Made by a program: the position numbers and the translations under genes
Part shown: positions 16,701 through 31,900 of the stretch, one piece after another
Numbering within the stretch: the first letter of the stretch is position 1
Layout of the letters: each line of letters starts with the position of its first letter
The notes under the pieces: model-generated
What the model saw: the letters and a program-made list of their open reading frames with translations, nothing else
What the model was told of the DNA's origin: nothing
The model's database searches: none
Source: Eledone cirrhosa
Taxonomy: Eukaryota
Direction: 5' to 3'
Assembly: GCA_964016885.1 (NCBI GenBank)
Contig: OZ024741.1
Location: 393,948,001-394,012,000, forward strand
Length of the DNA stretch: 64,000 bases

Positions 16701-19700
16701 AAACATGTGTAGAATTATATTGTAAACAATATTAACACATGTAAAGTATTATATTGTAAACAATATTAAAACATGTGAAGTATTGTATAGTAAACAATAT
16801 TAACACATGTAAAGAATTATATTGTAAACAATATTAAAACGTGAAGTATTATATCATAAACAATATTAACGCATGTGAAGTATTATATTGTAAACAATAT
16901 TAACACATGTGAAGTATTATATCATAAACAATATTAAAACATGTGAAGTATTATATTGTAAACAATATTAACACATGTAAAGTATTATATTGTAAACAAT
17001 ATTAAAACATGTGAAGTATTATATCATAAACAATATTAACGCATGTGAAGTATTATATTGTAAACAATATTAAAACATGTGAAGTATTATATCATAAACA
17101 ATATTAAAACATGTGAAGTATTATATTGTAAACAATATTAACGCATGTGAAGTATTATATTGTAAACAATATTAAAACATGTGAAGTATGATATCATAAA
17201 CAATATTAACGCATGTGAAGTATTATATTATAAACAATATTAAAACATGTGAAGTATTATATCATAAACAATATTAACACATGTGAAGTATTATATCATA
17301 AACAATATTAAAACATGTGAAGTATTATATTGTAAACAATATTAAAACATGTGAAGTATTATATTGTAAACAATATTAAAACATGTGAAGTATTATATTG
17401 TAAACAATATTAAAACATGTGAAGTATTATATTGTAAACAATATTAACGCATGTGAAGTATTATATCATAAACAATATTAACACATGTGAAGTATTATAT
17501 CATAAACAATATTAAAACGTGAAGTATTATATTGTAAACAATATTAACACATGTAAAGTATTATATTGTAAACAATATTAAAACATGTGAAGTATTATAT
17601 TGTAAACAATATTAAATCATGTGAAGTATTATATAGAAAACAATATTAACACATGTAAAGTAATATATTGTAAACAATATTAAAACATGTGAAGTATTAT
17701 ATTGTAGACAATATTAACACATGTGAAGTATCATATAGTAAACAATATTAACACATGTGAAGTATTATATTGTAAACAATATTAAAACATGTGAAGTATT
17801 ATATCATAAACAATATTAACGCATGTGAAGTATTATATTGTAAACAATATTAAAACATGTAAAGTATTATATCATAAACAATATTAACGCATGTGAAGTA
17901 TTATATTGTAAACAATATTAAAACATGTGAAGTATTATATCATAAACAATATTAAAACATGTGAAGTATTATATCATAAACAATATTAAAACATGTGAAG
18001 TATTATATTGTAAACAATATTAACGCATGTGAAGTATTATATTGTAAACAATATTAAAACATGTGAAGTATTATATCATAAACAATATTAACGCATGTGA
18101 AGTATTATATTGTAAACAATATTAAAACATGTGAAGTATTATATCATAAACAATATTAACACATGTGAAGTATTATATCATAAACAATATTAACACATGT
18201 GAAGTATTATATCATAAACAATATTAAAACATGTGAAGTATTATATTGTAAACAATATTAAAACATGTGAAGTATAATATTGTAAACAATATTAACACAT
18301 GTAAAGTATTATATTGTAAACAATATTAAAACATGTGAAGTATTGTATTGTAAACAATAATAACACATGTAAAGTATTATATTGTAAACAGTATTAAAAC
18401 ATGTGAAGTATTATATCATAAACAATATTAAAACATGTGAAGTATTATATTGTAAACAATATTAACGCATGTGAAGTATTATATTGTAAACAATATTAAA
18501 ACATGTGAAGTATCATATCATAAACAATATTAACGCATGTGAAGTATTATATTATAAACAATATTAAAACATGTGAAGTATTATATCATAAACAATATAA
18601 ACACATGTGAAGTATTATATCATAAACAATATAAAACATGTGAAGTATTATACTGTAAACAATATTAAAACATGTGAAGTATTATATTGTAAACAATATT
18701 AAAACATGTGAAGTATTATATTGTAAACAATATTAACGCATGTGAAGTATTATATCATAAACAATATTAACACATGTGAAGTATTATATTGTAAACAATA
18801 TTAATACGTGAAGTATTATATTGTAAACAATATTAACACATGTAAAGTATTATATTGTAAACAATATTAAAACATGTGAAGTATTATATCATAAACATTA
18901 TTAACACATGTGAAGTATTATATTGTAAACAATATTAACACATATGAAGTATTATATTGTAAACAATATTAACACATGTGAAGTATTATATTGTAAACAA
19001 TATTAAAACATGTGAAGTATTATATTGTAAACAATATTAAAACATGTGAAGTATTATATTGAAAACAATATTAACACATGTAAAGTATTATATTGTAAAC
19101 AATATTAAAACATGTGAAGTATTATATTGTAAACAATATTAACACATGTGAAGTATTATATTGTAAACAATATTAAAACATGTGAAGTATTATATTTTAA
19201 ACAATATTAACACATGTGAAGTATTATATCGTAAACAATATTAACGCATGTGAAGTATTATATTTTAAACAATATTAAAACCTGTGAAGTATTATATCAT
19301 AAACAATATTAACGCATGTGAAGTATTATATTGTAAACAATATTAAAACATGTGAAGTATTATATCATAAACAATATTAAAACATGTGAAGTATTATATT
19401 GTAAACAATATTAACGCATGTGAAGTATTATATTGTAAACAATATTAAAACATGTGAAGTATTATATCATAAACAATATTAACACATGTGAAGTATTATA
19501 TTGTAAACAATATTAACACATGTGAAGTATTATATCATAAACAATATTAAAACATGTGAAGTATTATATTGTAAACAATATTAACACATGTGAAGTATTA
19601 TATTGTAAACAATATTAAAACATGTGAAGTATTATATCATAAACAATATTAACGCATGTGAAGTATTATATTGTAAACAATATTAAAACATGTAAAGTAT

Positions 19701-22700
19701 TATATCATAAACAATATTAACGCATGTGAAGTATTATATTGTAAACAATATTAAATCATGTGAAGTATTATATCATAAATAATATTAACACATGAGAAGT
19801 ATTATATCATAAACAATATTAAAACATGTGAAGTATTATATTGTAAACAATATTAACGCATGTGAAGTATTATATTGTAAACAATATTAAAACATGTGAA
19901 GTATTTCATCATAAACAATATTAACGCATGTGAAGTATTATATTGTAAACAATATTAAAACATGTGAAGTATTATATCATAAACAATATTAAAACATGTG
20001 AAGTATTATATTGTAAACAATATTAACGCATGTGAAGTATTATATTGTAAACAATATTAAAACGTGTGAAGTATTATATCATAAACAATATTAACGCATG
20101 TGAAGTATTATATTGTAAACAATATTAAAACATGTGAAGTATTATATCATAAACAATATTAACACATGTGAAGTATTATATCATAAACAATATTAAAACA
20201 TGTGAAGTATTATACTGTAAACAATATTAAAACATGTGAAGTATTATATTGGAAACAATATTAAAACATGTGAAGTATTATATTGTAAACAATATTAAAA
20301 CATGTGAAGTATTATATTGTAAACAATATTAAAACATGTGTAGAATTATATTGTAAACAATATTAACACATGTAAAGTATTATATTGTAAACAATATTAA
20401 AACATGTGAAGTATTGTATAGTAAACAATATTAACACATGTAAAGTATTATATTGTAAACAATATTAAAACGTGAAGTATTATATCATAAACAATATTAA
20501 CGCATGTGAAGTATTATATTGTAAACAATATTAACACATGTGAAGTATTATATCATAAACAATATTAAAACATGTGAAGTATTATATTGTAAACAATATT
20601 AACACATGTAAAGTATTATATTGTAAACAATATTAAAACATGTGAAGTATTATATCATAAACAATATTAACGCATGTGAAGTATTATATTGTAAACAATA
20701 TTAAAACATGTGAAGTATTATATCATAAACAATATTAAAACATGTGAAGTATTATATTGTAAACAATATTAACGCATGTGAAGTATTATATTGTAAACAA
20801 TATTAAAACATGTGAAGTATGATATCATAAACAATATTAACGCATGTGAAGTATTATATTATAAACAATATTAAAACATGTGAAGTATTATATCATAAAC
20901 AATATTAACACATGTGAAGTATTATATCATAAACAATATTAAAACATGTGAAGTATTATATTGTAAACAATATTAAAACATGTGAAGTATTATATTGTAA
21001 ACAATATTAAAACATGTGAAGTATTATATTGTAAACAATATTAAAACATGTGAAGTATTATATTGTAAACAATATTAACGCATGTGAAGTATTATATCAT
21101 AAACAATATTAACACATGTGAAGTATTATATCATAAACAATATTAAAACGTGAAGTATTATATTGTAAACAATATTAACACATGTAAAGTATTATATTGT
21201 AAACAATATTAAAACATGTGAAGTATTATATTGTAAACAATATTAAATCATGTGAAGTATTATATAGAAAACAATATTAACAGATGTAAAGTAATATATT
21301 GTAAACAATATTAAAACATGTGAAGTATTATATTGTAGACAATATTAACACATGTGAAGTATCATATAGTAAACAATATTAACACATGTGAAGTATTATA
21401 TTGTAAACAATATTAAAACATGTGAAGTATTATATCATAAACAATATTAACGCATGTGAAGTATTATATTGTAAACAATATTAAAACATGTAAAGTATTA
21501 TATCATAAACAATATTAACGCATGTGAAGTATTATATTGTAAACAATATTAAAACATGTGAAGTATTATATCATAAACAATATTAAAACATGTGAAGTAT
21601 TATATCATAAACAATATTAAAACATGTGAAGTATTATATTGTAAACAATATTAACGCATGTGAAGTATTATATTGTAAACAATATTAAAACATGTGAAGT
21701 ATTATATCATAAACAATATTAACGCATGTGAAGTATTATATTGTAAACAATATTAAAACATGTGAAGTATTATATCATAAACAATATTAACACATGTGAA
21801 GTATTATATCATAAACAATATTAACACATGTGAAGTATTATATCATAAACAATATTAAAACATGTGAAGTATTATATTGTAAACAATATTAAAACATGTG
21901 AGGTATTATATTGTAAACAATATTAACACATGTGAAGTATTATATTGTAAACAATATTAAAACATGTGAAGTATTATATTGTAAACAATATTAACACATG
22001 TGAAGTATTATATTGTAAACAATATTAACACATGTGAAGTATTATATTGTAAACAATATTAAAACATGTGAAGTATTATATTGTAAACAATATTAACACA
22101 TGTAAAGTATTATATTGTAAACAATAGTAAAACATGTGAAGTATGATATCATAAACAATATTAACACATGTGAAGTATTATATTGTAAACAATATTAAAA
22201 CATGTGAATTATTATATTGTAAACAATATTAAAATATGTGAATTATTATATTGTAAACAATATTAACACATGTGAAGTATTATATTGTAAACAATATTAA
22301 AACATGTGAAGTATTATATTGTAAACAATATTAACACATGTGAAGTATTATATTGTATACAATATTAAAACATGTGAAGTATTATATTTTAAACAATATT
22401 AACACATGTGAAGTATTATATTGAAAACAATATTAACACATGTAAAGTATTATATTGTAAACAATATTAAAACGTGAAGTATTATATTGTAAACAATATT
22501 AACACATGTAAAGTATTATATTGTAAACAATATTAAAACATGTGAAGTATTATATTGTAAACAATATTAAAACATGTGAAGTATTATATTGAAAACAACA
22601 TTAACACATGTAAAGTAATATATTGTAAACAATATTAAAACACATGAAGTATTATATTGTAGACAATATTAACACATGTGAAGTATTATATTGTAAACAA

Positions 22701-23340
22701 TATTAAAACATGTGAAGTATTATATTTTAAACAATATTAACACATGTGAAGTATTATATTGTAAACAATATTAAAACATGTGAAGTATTATGTCATAAAC
22801 AATATTAACACATGTGAAGTATTATATTGTAAACAATATTAACACATGTGAAGTATTATATCATAAACAATATTAAAACATGTGAAGTATTATATTGTAA
22901 ACAATATTAACACATGTGAAGTATTATATTGTAAACAATATTAAAACATGTGAAGTATTATATCATAAACAATATTAACGCATGTGAAGTATTATATTGT
23001 AAACAATATTAAAACATGTAAAGTATTATATCATAAACAATATTAACGCATGTGAAGTATTATATTGTAAACAATATTAACACATGTGAAGTATTATATT
23101 GTAAACAATATTAAAACATGTGAAGTATTATATTATAAACAATATTAACACATGTGAAGTATGTAAACAATATTAACACATGTGAAGTATTATATCATAA
23201 ACAATATTAAAACATGTGAAGTATTATATTGTAAACAATATTAAAACATGTGAAGTATTATATTGTAAACAATATTAACACATGTAAAGTATTATATTGT
23301 AAACAATATTAAAACATGTGAAGTATTATATCATAAACAA
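10500..23340. repeat. About 3.5-kb block (about 10500-14010) repeated at +9,329 (about 19830-23340), with a further diverged copy at about 29800-33150
   Basis: Constant 9329 offset for GTAGAA 11011/20340, CAGATG 11952/21281, GAGG 12571/21900, AATAG 12794/22123 and the 6-bp deletion 13830/23159. The third copy has GTAGAA 30323, GAGG 31951, AATAG 32208 and the deletion at 33006. Confidence 0.9.
14220..21880. repeat. Nested duplications with 1,766-bp and 3,631-bp offsets
   Basis: GAGA variant at 14397/16163/19794 and GTAGAA at 14943/16709/20340 (offsets 1766 then 3631). AAACATT at 15262/18893 (3631). Boundaries are approximate. Confidence 0.85.
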
Positions 23341-25559
23341 TATTAAAACATGTGAAGTATTATATTGTAAACAATATTAAAACATGTGAAGTATTATATT
23401 GTAAACAATATTAAAACATGTGAAGTATTATATTGTAAACAATATTAACCCATGTGAAGTATTATATCATAAACAATATTTACACATGTGAAGTATTATA
23501 TTGTAAAAATATTTAAACATGTGAAGTATTATATTGTAAACAATATTAACACATGTAAAGTATTATATTGTAAACAATATTAAAACATGTGAAGTATTAT
23601 ATTGTAAACAATATTAAAACGTGTGAAGTATTATATTGTAAACAATATTAACATATGTAAAGTATTATATTGTAAACAATATTAAAACATGTGAAGTATT
23701 ATATTGTAAACAATATTAAAACATGTGAAGTACTATATCATAAACAATATTAACACATGAGAAGTATTATATTGTAAACAATATTAAAACATGTGAAGTA
23801 TAATATTGTAAACAATATTAACACATGTAAAGTATTATATTGTAAACAATATTAAAACATGTGAAGTATTGTATTGTAAACAATATTAACACATGTAAAG
23901 TATTATATTGTAAACAGTATTAAAACATGTGAAGTATTATATCATAAACAATATTAAAACATGTGAAGTATTATATTGTAAACAATATTAACGCATGTGA
24001 AGTATTATATTGTAAACAATATTAAAACATGTGAAGTATCATATCATACACAATATTAACGCATGTGAAGTATTATATTATAAACAATATTAAAACATGT
24101 GAAGTATTATATCATAAACAATATAAACACATGTGAAGTATTATATCATAAACAATATTAAAACATGTGAAGTATTATACTGTAAACAATATTAAAACAT
24201 GTGAAGTATTATATTGGAAACAATATTAAAACATGTGAAGTATTATATTGTAAACAATATTAAAACATGTGAAGTATTATATTGTAAACAATATTAAAAC
24301 ATGTGTAGAATTATATTGTAAACAATATTAACACATGTAAAGTATTATATTGTAAACAATATTAAAACATGTGAAGTATTGTATAGTAAACAATATTAAC
24401 ACATGTAAAGTATTATATTGTAAACAATATTAAAACGTGAAGTATTATATCATAAACAATATTAACGCATGTGAAGTATTATATTGTAAACAATATTAAC
24501 ACATGTGAAGTATTATATCATAAACAATATTAAAACATGTGAAGTATTATATTGTAAACAATATTAACACATGTAAAGTATTATATTGTAAACAATATTA
24601 AAACATGTGAAGTATTATATCATAAACTATATTAACGCATGTGATGTATTATATTGTAAACAATATTAAAACATGTGAAGTATTATATCATAAACAATAT
24701 TAAAACATGTGAAGTATTATATTGTAAACAATATTAACGCATGTGAAGTATTATATTGTAAACAATATTAAAACATGTGAAGTATGATATCATAAACAAT
24801 ATTAACGCATGTGAAGTATTATATTATAAACAATATTAAAACATGTGAAGTATTATATTGTAAACAATATTAAAACATGTGAAGTATTATATTGTGAACA
24901 ATATTAAAACATGTGAAGTATTATATTGTAAACAATATTAAAACATGTGAAGTATTATATTGTAAACAATATTAAAACATGTGAAGTATTATATTGTAAA
25001 CAATATTAACGCATGTGAAGTATTATATCATAAACAATATTAACACATGTGAAGTATTATATTGTAAACAACATTAAAACGTGAAGTATTATATTGTAAA
25101 CAATATTAACACATGAAAAGTATTATATTGTAAACAATATTAAAACATGTGAAGTATTATATTGTAAACAATATTAAAACATGTGAAGTATTATATTGAA
25201 AACAATATTAACACATGTAAAGTAATATATTGTAAACAATATTAAAACATGTGAAGTATTATATTGTAGACAATATTAACACATGTGAAGTATTATATTG
25301 TAAACAATATTAAAACATGTGAAGTATTATATTTTAAACAATATTAACACATGTGAAGTATTATATTGTAAACAATATTAAAACATGTGAAGTATTATGT
25401 CATAAACAATATTAACACATGTGAAGTATTATATTGTAAACAATATTAACACATGTGAAGTATTATATCATAAACAATATTAAAACATGTGAAGTATTAT
25501 ATTGTAAACAATATTAACACATGTGAAGTATTATATTGTAAACAATATTAAAACATGTG

Positions 25560-28500
25560 AAGTATTATATCATAAACAATATTAACGCATGTGAAGTATT
25601 ATATTGTAAACAATATTAAAACATGTAAAGTATTATATCATAAACAATATTAACGCATGTGAAGTATTATATTGTAAACAATATTAAAACATGTGAAGTA
25701 TTATATCATAAACAATATTAAAACATGTGAAGTATTATATCATAAACAATATTAAAACATGTGAAGTATTATATTGTAACCAATATTAACGCATGTGAAG
25801 TATTATATTTTAAACAATATTAACACATGTGAAGTATTATATTGTAAACAATATTAAAACATGTGAAGTATTATGTCATAAACAATATTAATACATGTGA
25901 AGTATTATATTGTAAACAATATTAACACATGTGAAGTATTATATCATAAACAATATTAAAACATGTGAAGTATTATATTGTAAACAATATTAACACATGT
26001 GAAGTATTATATTGTAAACAATATTAAAACATGTGAAGTATTATATCATAAACAATATTAACGCATGTGAAGTATTATATTGTAAACAATATTAAAACAT
26101 GTAAAGTATTATATCATAAACAATATTAACGCATGTGAAGTATTATATTGTAAACAATATTAACACATGTGAAGTATTATATTGTAAACAATATTAAAAC
26201 ATGTGAAGTATTATATTATAAACAATATTAACACATGTGAAGTATGTAGACAATATTAACACATGTGAAGTATTATATCATAAACAATATTAAAACATGT
26301 GAAGTATTATATTGTAAACAATATTAACACATGTAAAGTATTATATTGTAAACAATATTAAAACATGTGAAGTATTATATTGTAAACAATATTAAAACGT
26401 GTGAAGTATTATATTGTAAACAATATTAACACATGTAAAGTATTATATTGTAAACAATATTAAAACATGTGAAGTATTATATTGTAAACAATATTAAAAC
26501 ATGTGAAGTACTATATCATAAACAATATTAACACATGTGAAGTATTATATTGTAAACAATATTAAATTATGTGAAGTATAATATTGTAAACAATATTAAC
26601 ACATGTAAAGTATTATATTGTAAACAATATTAAAACATGTGAAGTATTGTATTGTAAACAATATTAACACATGTAAAGTATTATATTGTAAACAGTATTA
26701 AAACATGTGAAGTATTATATCATAAACAATATTAAAACATGTGAAGTATTATATTGTAAACAATATTAACGCATGTGAAGTATTATATTGTAAACAATAT
26801 TAAAACATGTGAAGTATCATATCATAAACAATATTAACGCATGTGAAGTATTATATTATAAACAATATTAAAACATGTGAAGTATTATATCATAAACAAT
26901 ATAAACACATGTGAAGTATTATATCATAAACAATATACACCATGTGAAGTATTATACTGTAAACAATATTAAAACATGTGAAGTATTATATTGTAAACAA
27001 TATTAAAACATGTGAAGTATTATATTGTAAACAATATTAACGCATGTGAAGTATTATATCATAAACAATATTAACACATGTGAAGTATTATATTGTAAAC
27101 AATATTAATACGTGAAGTATTATATTGTAAACAATATTAACACATGTAAAGTATTATATTGTAAACAATATTAAAACATGTGAAGTATTATATCATAAAC
27201 ATTATTAACACATGTGAAGTATTATATTGTAAACAATATTAACACATGTGAAGTATTATATCATAAACAATATTAACGCATGTGAAGTATTATATTGTAA
27301 ACAATATTAAAACATGTAAAGTATTATATCATAAACAATATTAACGCATGTGAAGTATTATATTGTAAACAATATTAAAACATGTGAAGTATTATATCAT
27401 AAACAATATTAAAACATGTGAAGTATTATATCATAAACAATATTAAAACATGTGAAGTATTATATTGTAACCAATATTAACGCATGTGAAGTATTATATT
27501 TTAAACAATATTAACACATGTTGTAAACAATATTAAAACATGTGAAGTATTATGTCATAAACAATATTAACACATGTGAAGTATTATATTGTAAACAATA
27601 TTAACACATGTGAAGTATTATATCATAAACAATATTAAAACATGTGAAGTATTATATTGTAAACAATATTAACACATGTGAAGTATTATATTGTAAACAA
27701 TATTAAAACATGTGAAGTATTATATCATAAACAATATTAACGCATGTGAAGTATTATATTGTAAACAATATTAAAACATGTAAAGTATTATATCATAAAC
27801 AATATTAACGCATGTGAAGTATTATATTGTAAACAATATTAACACATGTGAAGTATTATATTGTAAACAATATTAAAACATGTGAAGTATTATATTATAA
27901 ACAATATTAACACATGTGAAGTATGTAGACAATATTAACACATGTGAAGTATTATATCATAAACAATATTAAAACATGTGAAGTATTATATTGTAAACAA
28001 TATTAACACATGTAAAGTATTATATTGTAAACAATATTAAAGCATGTGAAGTATTATATTGTAAACAATATTAAAACGTGTGAAGTATTATATTGTAAAC
28101 AATATTAACACATGTAAAGTATTATATTGTAAACAATATTAAAACATGTGAAGTATTATATTGTAAACAATATTAAAACATGTGAAGTACTATATCATAA
28201 ACAATATTAACACATGTGAAGTATTATATTGTAAACAATATTAAATTATGTGAAGTATAATATTGTAAACAATATTAACACATGTAAAGTATTATATTGT
28301 AAACAATATTAAAACATGTGAAGTATTGTATTGTAAACAATATTAACACATGTAAAGTATTATATTGTAAACAGTATTAAAACATGTGAAGTATTATATC
28401 ATAAACAATATTAAAACATGTGAAGTATTATATTGTAAACAATATTAACGCATGTGAAGTATTATATTGTAAACAATATTAAAACATGTGAAGTATCATA

Positions 28501-28920
28501 TCATAAACAATATTAACGCATGTGAAGTATTATATTATAAACAATATTAAAACATGTGAAGTATTATATCATAAACAATATAAACACATGTGAAGTATTA
28601 TATCATAAACAATATACACCATGTGAAGTATTATACTGTAAACAATATTAAAACATGTGAAGTATTATATTGTAAACAATATTAAAACATGTGAAGTATT
28701 ATATTGTAAACAATATTAACGCATGTGAAGTATTATATCATAAACAATATTAACACATGTGAAGTATTATATTGTAAACAATATTAATACGTGAAGTATT
28801 ATATTGTAAACAATATTAACACATGTAAAGTATTATATTGTAAACAATATTAAAACATGTGAAGTATTATATCATAAACATTATTAACACATGTGAAGTA
28901 TTATATTGTAAACAATATTA
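25560..28920. repeat. Tandem duplication of an approximately 1.68-kb (50-monomer) unit
   Basis: GTATGTAGAC 26242/27921, TTAAATTATG 26562/28241 and AATATACACC 26932/28611 are offset by 1679. The AACCAA marker upstream of the 12-bp deletion at about 27520 is offset by 1691. Confidence 0.9.
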
Positions 28921-31900
28921 ACACATATGAAGTATTATATTGTAAACAATATTAACACATGTGAAGTATTATATTGTAAACAATATTAAAACATGTGAAG
29001 TATTATATTGTAAACAATATTAAAACATGTGAAGTATTATATTGAAAACAATATTAACACATGTAAAGTATTATATTGTAAACAATATTAAAACATGTGA
29101 AGTATTATATTGTAAACAATATTAACACATGTGAAGTATTATATTGTAAACAATATTAAAACATGTGAAGTATTATATTTTAAACAATATTAACACATGT
29201 GAAGTATTATATTGTAAACAATATTAACGCATGTGAAGTATTATATTTTAAACAATATTAAAACATGTGAAGTATTATATCATAAACAATATTAACGCAT
29301 GTGAAGTATTATATTGTAAACAATATTAAAACATGTGAAGTATTATATCATAAACAATATTAAAACATGTGAAGTATTATATTGTAAACAATATTAACAC
29401 ATGTGAAGTATTATATTGTAAACAATATTAAAACATGTGAAGAATTATATCATAAACAATATTAACACATGTGAAGTATTATATTGTAAACAATATTAAC
29501 ACATGTGAAGTATTATATCATAAACAATATTAAAACATGTGAAGTATTATATTGTAAACAATATTAACACATGTGAAGTATTATATTGTAAACAATATTA
29601 AAACATGTGAAGTATTATATCATAAACAATATTAACGCATGTGAAGTATTATATTGTAAACAATATTAAAACATGTAAAGTATTATATCATAAACAATAT
29701 TAACGCATGTGAAGTATTATATTGTAAACAATATTAAATCATGTGAAGTATTATATCATAAACAATATTAACACATGAGAAGTATTATATCATAAACAAT
29801 ATTAAAACATGTGAAGTATTATATTGTAAACAATATTAACGCATGTGAAGTATTATATTGTAAACAATATTAAAACATGTGAAGTATTTCATCATAAACA
29901 ATATTAACGCATGTGAAGTATTATATTGTAAACAATATTAAAACATGTGAAGTATTATATCATAAACAATATTAAAACATGTGAAGTATTATATTGTAAA
30001 CAATATTAACGCATGTGAAGTATTATATTGCAAACAATATTAAAACGTGTGAAGTATTATATCATAAACAATATTAACGCATGTGAAGTATTATATTGTA
30101 AACAATATTAAAACATGGGAAGTATTATATCATAAACAATATTAACACACGTGAAGTATTATATCATAAACAATATTAAAACATGTGAAGTATTATACTG
30201 TAAACAATATTAAAACATGTGAAGTATTATATTGGAAACAATATTAAAACATGTGAAGTATTATATTGTAAACAATATTAAAACATGTGAAGTATTGTAT
30301 TGTAAACAATATTAAAACATGTGTAGAATTATATTGTAAACAATATTAACACATGTAAAGTATTATATTGTAAACAATATTAAAACATGTGAAGTATTGT
30401 ATAGTAAACAATATTAACACATGTAAAGTATTATATTGTAAACAATATTAAAACGTGAAGTATTATATCATAAACAATATTAACGCATGTGAAGTATTAT
30501 ATTGTAAACAATATTAACACATGTGAAGTATTATATCATAAACAATATTAAAACATGTGAAGTATTATATTGTAAACAATATTAACACATGTAAAGTATT
30601 ATATTGTAAACAATATTAAAACATGTGAAGTATTATATCATAAACAATATTAACGTATGTGAAGTATTATATTGTAAACAATATTAAAACATGTGAAGTA
30701 TTATATCATAAACAATATTAAAACATGTGAAGTATTATATTGTAAACAATATTAACGCATGTGAAGTATTATATTGTAAACAATATTAAAACATGTGAAG
30801 TATGATATCATAAACAATATTAACGCATGTGAAGTATTATATTATAAACAATATTAAAACATGTGAAGTATTATATCATAAACTATATTAACACATGTGA
30901 AGTATTATATTGTAAACAATATTAACGCATGTGAAGTATTATATCATAAACAATATTAACACATGTGAAGTATTATATCATAAACAATATTAAAACATGT
31001 GAAGTATTATATTGTAAACAATATTAAAACATGTGAAGTATTATATTGTAAACAATATTAAAACATGTGAAGTATTATATTGTAAACAATATTAAAACAT
31101 GTGAAGTATTATATTGTAAACAATATTAACGCATGTGAAGTATTATATCATAAACAATATTAACACATGTGAAGTATTATATCATAAACAATATTAAAAC
31201 GTGAAGTATTATATTGTAAACAATATTAACACATGTAAAGTATTATATTGTAAACAATATTAAAACATGTGAAGTATTATATTGTAAACAATATTAAATC
31301 ATGTGAAGTATTATATAGAAAACAATATTAACACATGTAAAGTAATATATTGTAAACAATATTAAAACATGTGAAGTATTATATTGTAGACAATATTAAC
31401 ACATGTGAAGTATCATATAGTAAACAATATTAACACATGTGAAGTATTATATTGTAAACAATATTAAAACATGTGAAGTATTATATCATAAACAATATTA
31501 ACGCATGTGAAGTATTATATTGTAAACAATATTAAAACATGTAAATTATTATATCATAAACAATATTAACGCATGTGAAGTATTATATTGTAAACAATAT
31601 TAAAACATGTGAAGTATTATATCATAAACAATATTAAAACATGTGAAGTATTATATCATAAACAATATTAAAACATGTGAAGTATTATATTGTAAACAAT
31701 ATTAACGCATGTGAAGTATTATATTGTAAACAATATTAAAACATGTGAAGTATTATATCATAAACAATATTAACGCATGTGAAGTATTATATTGTAAACA
31801 ATATTAAAACATGTGAAGTATTATATCATAAACAATATTAACACATGTGAAGTATTATATCATAAACAATATTAACACATGTGAAGTATTATATCATAAA

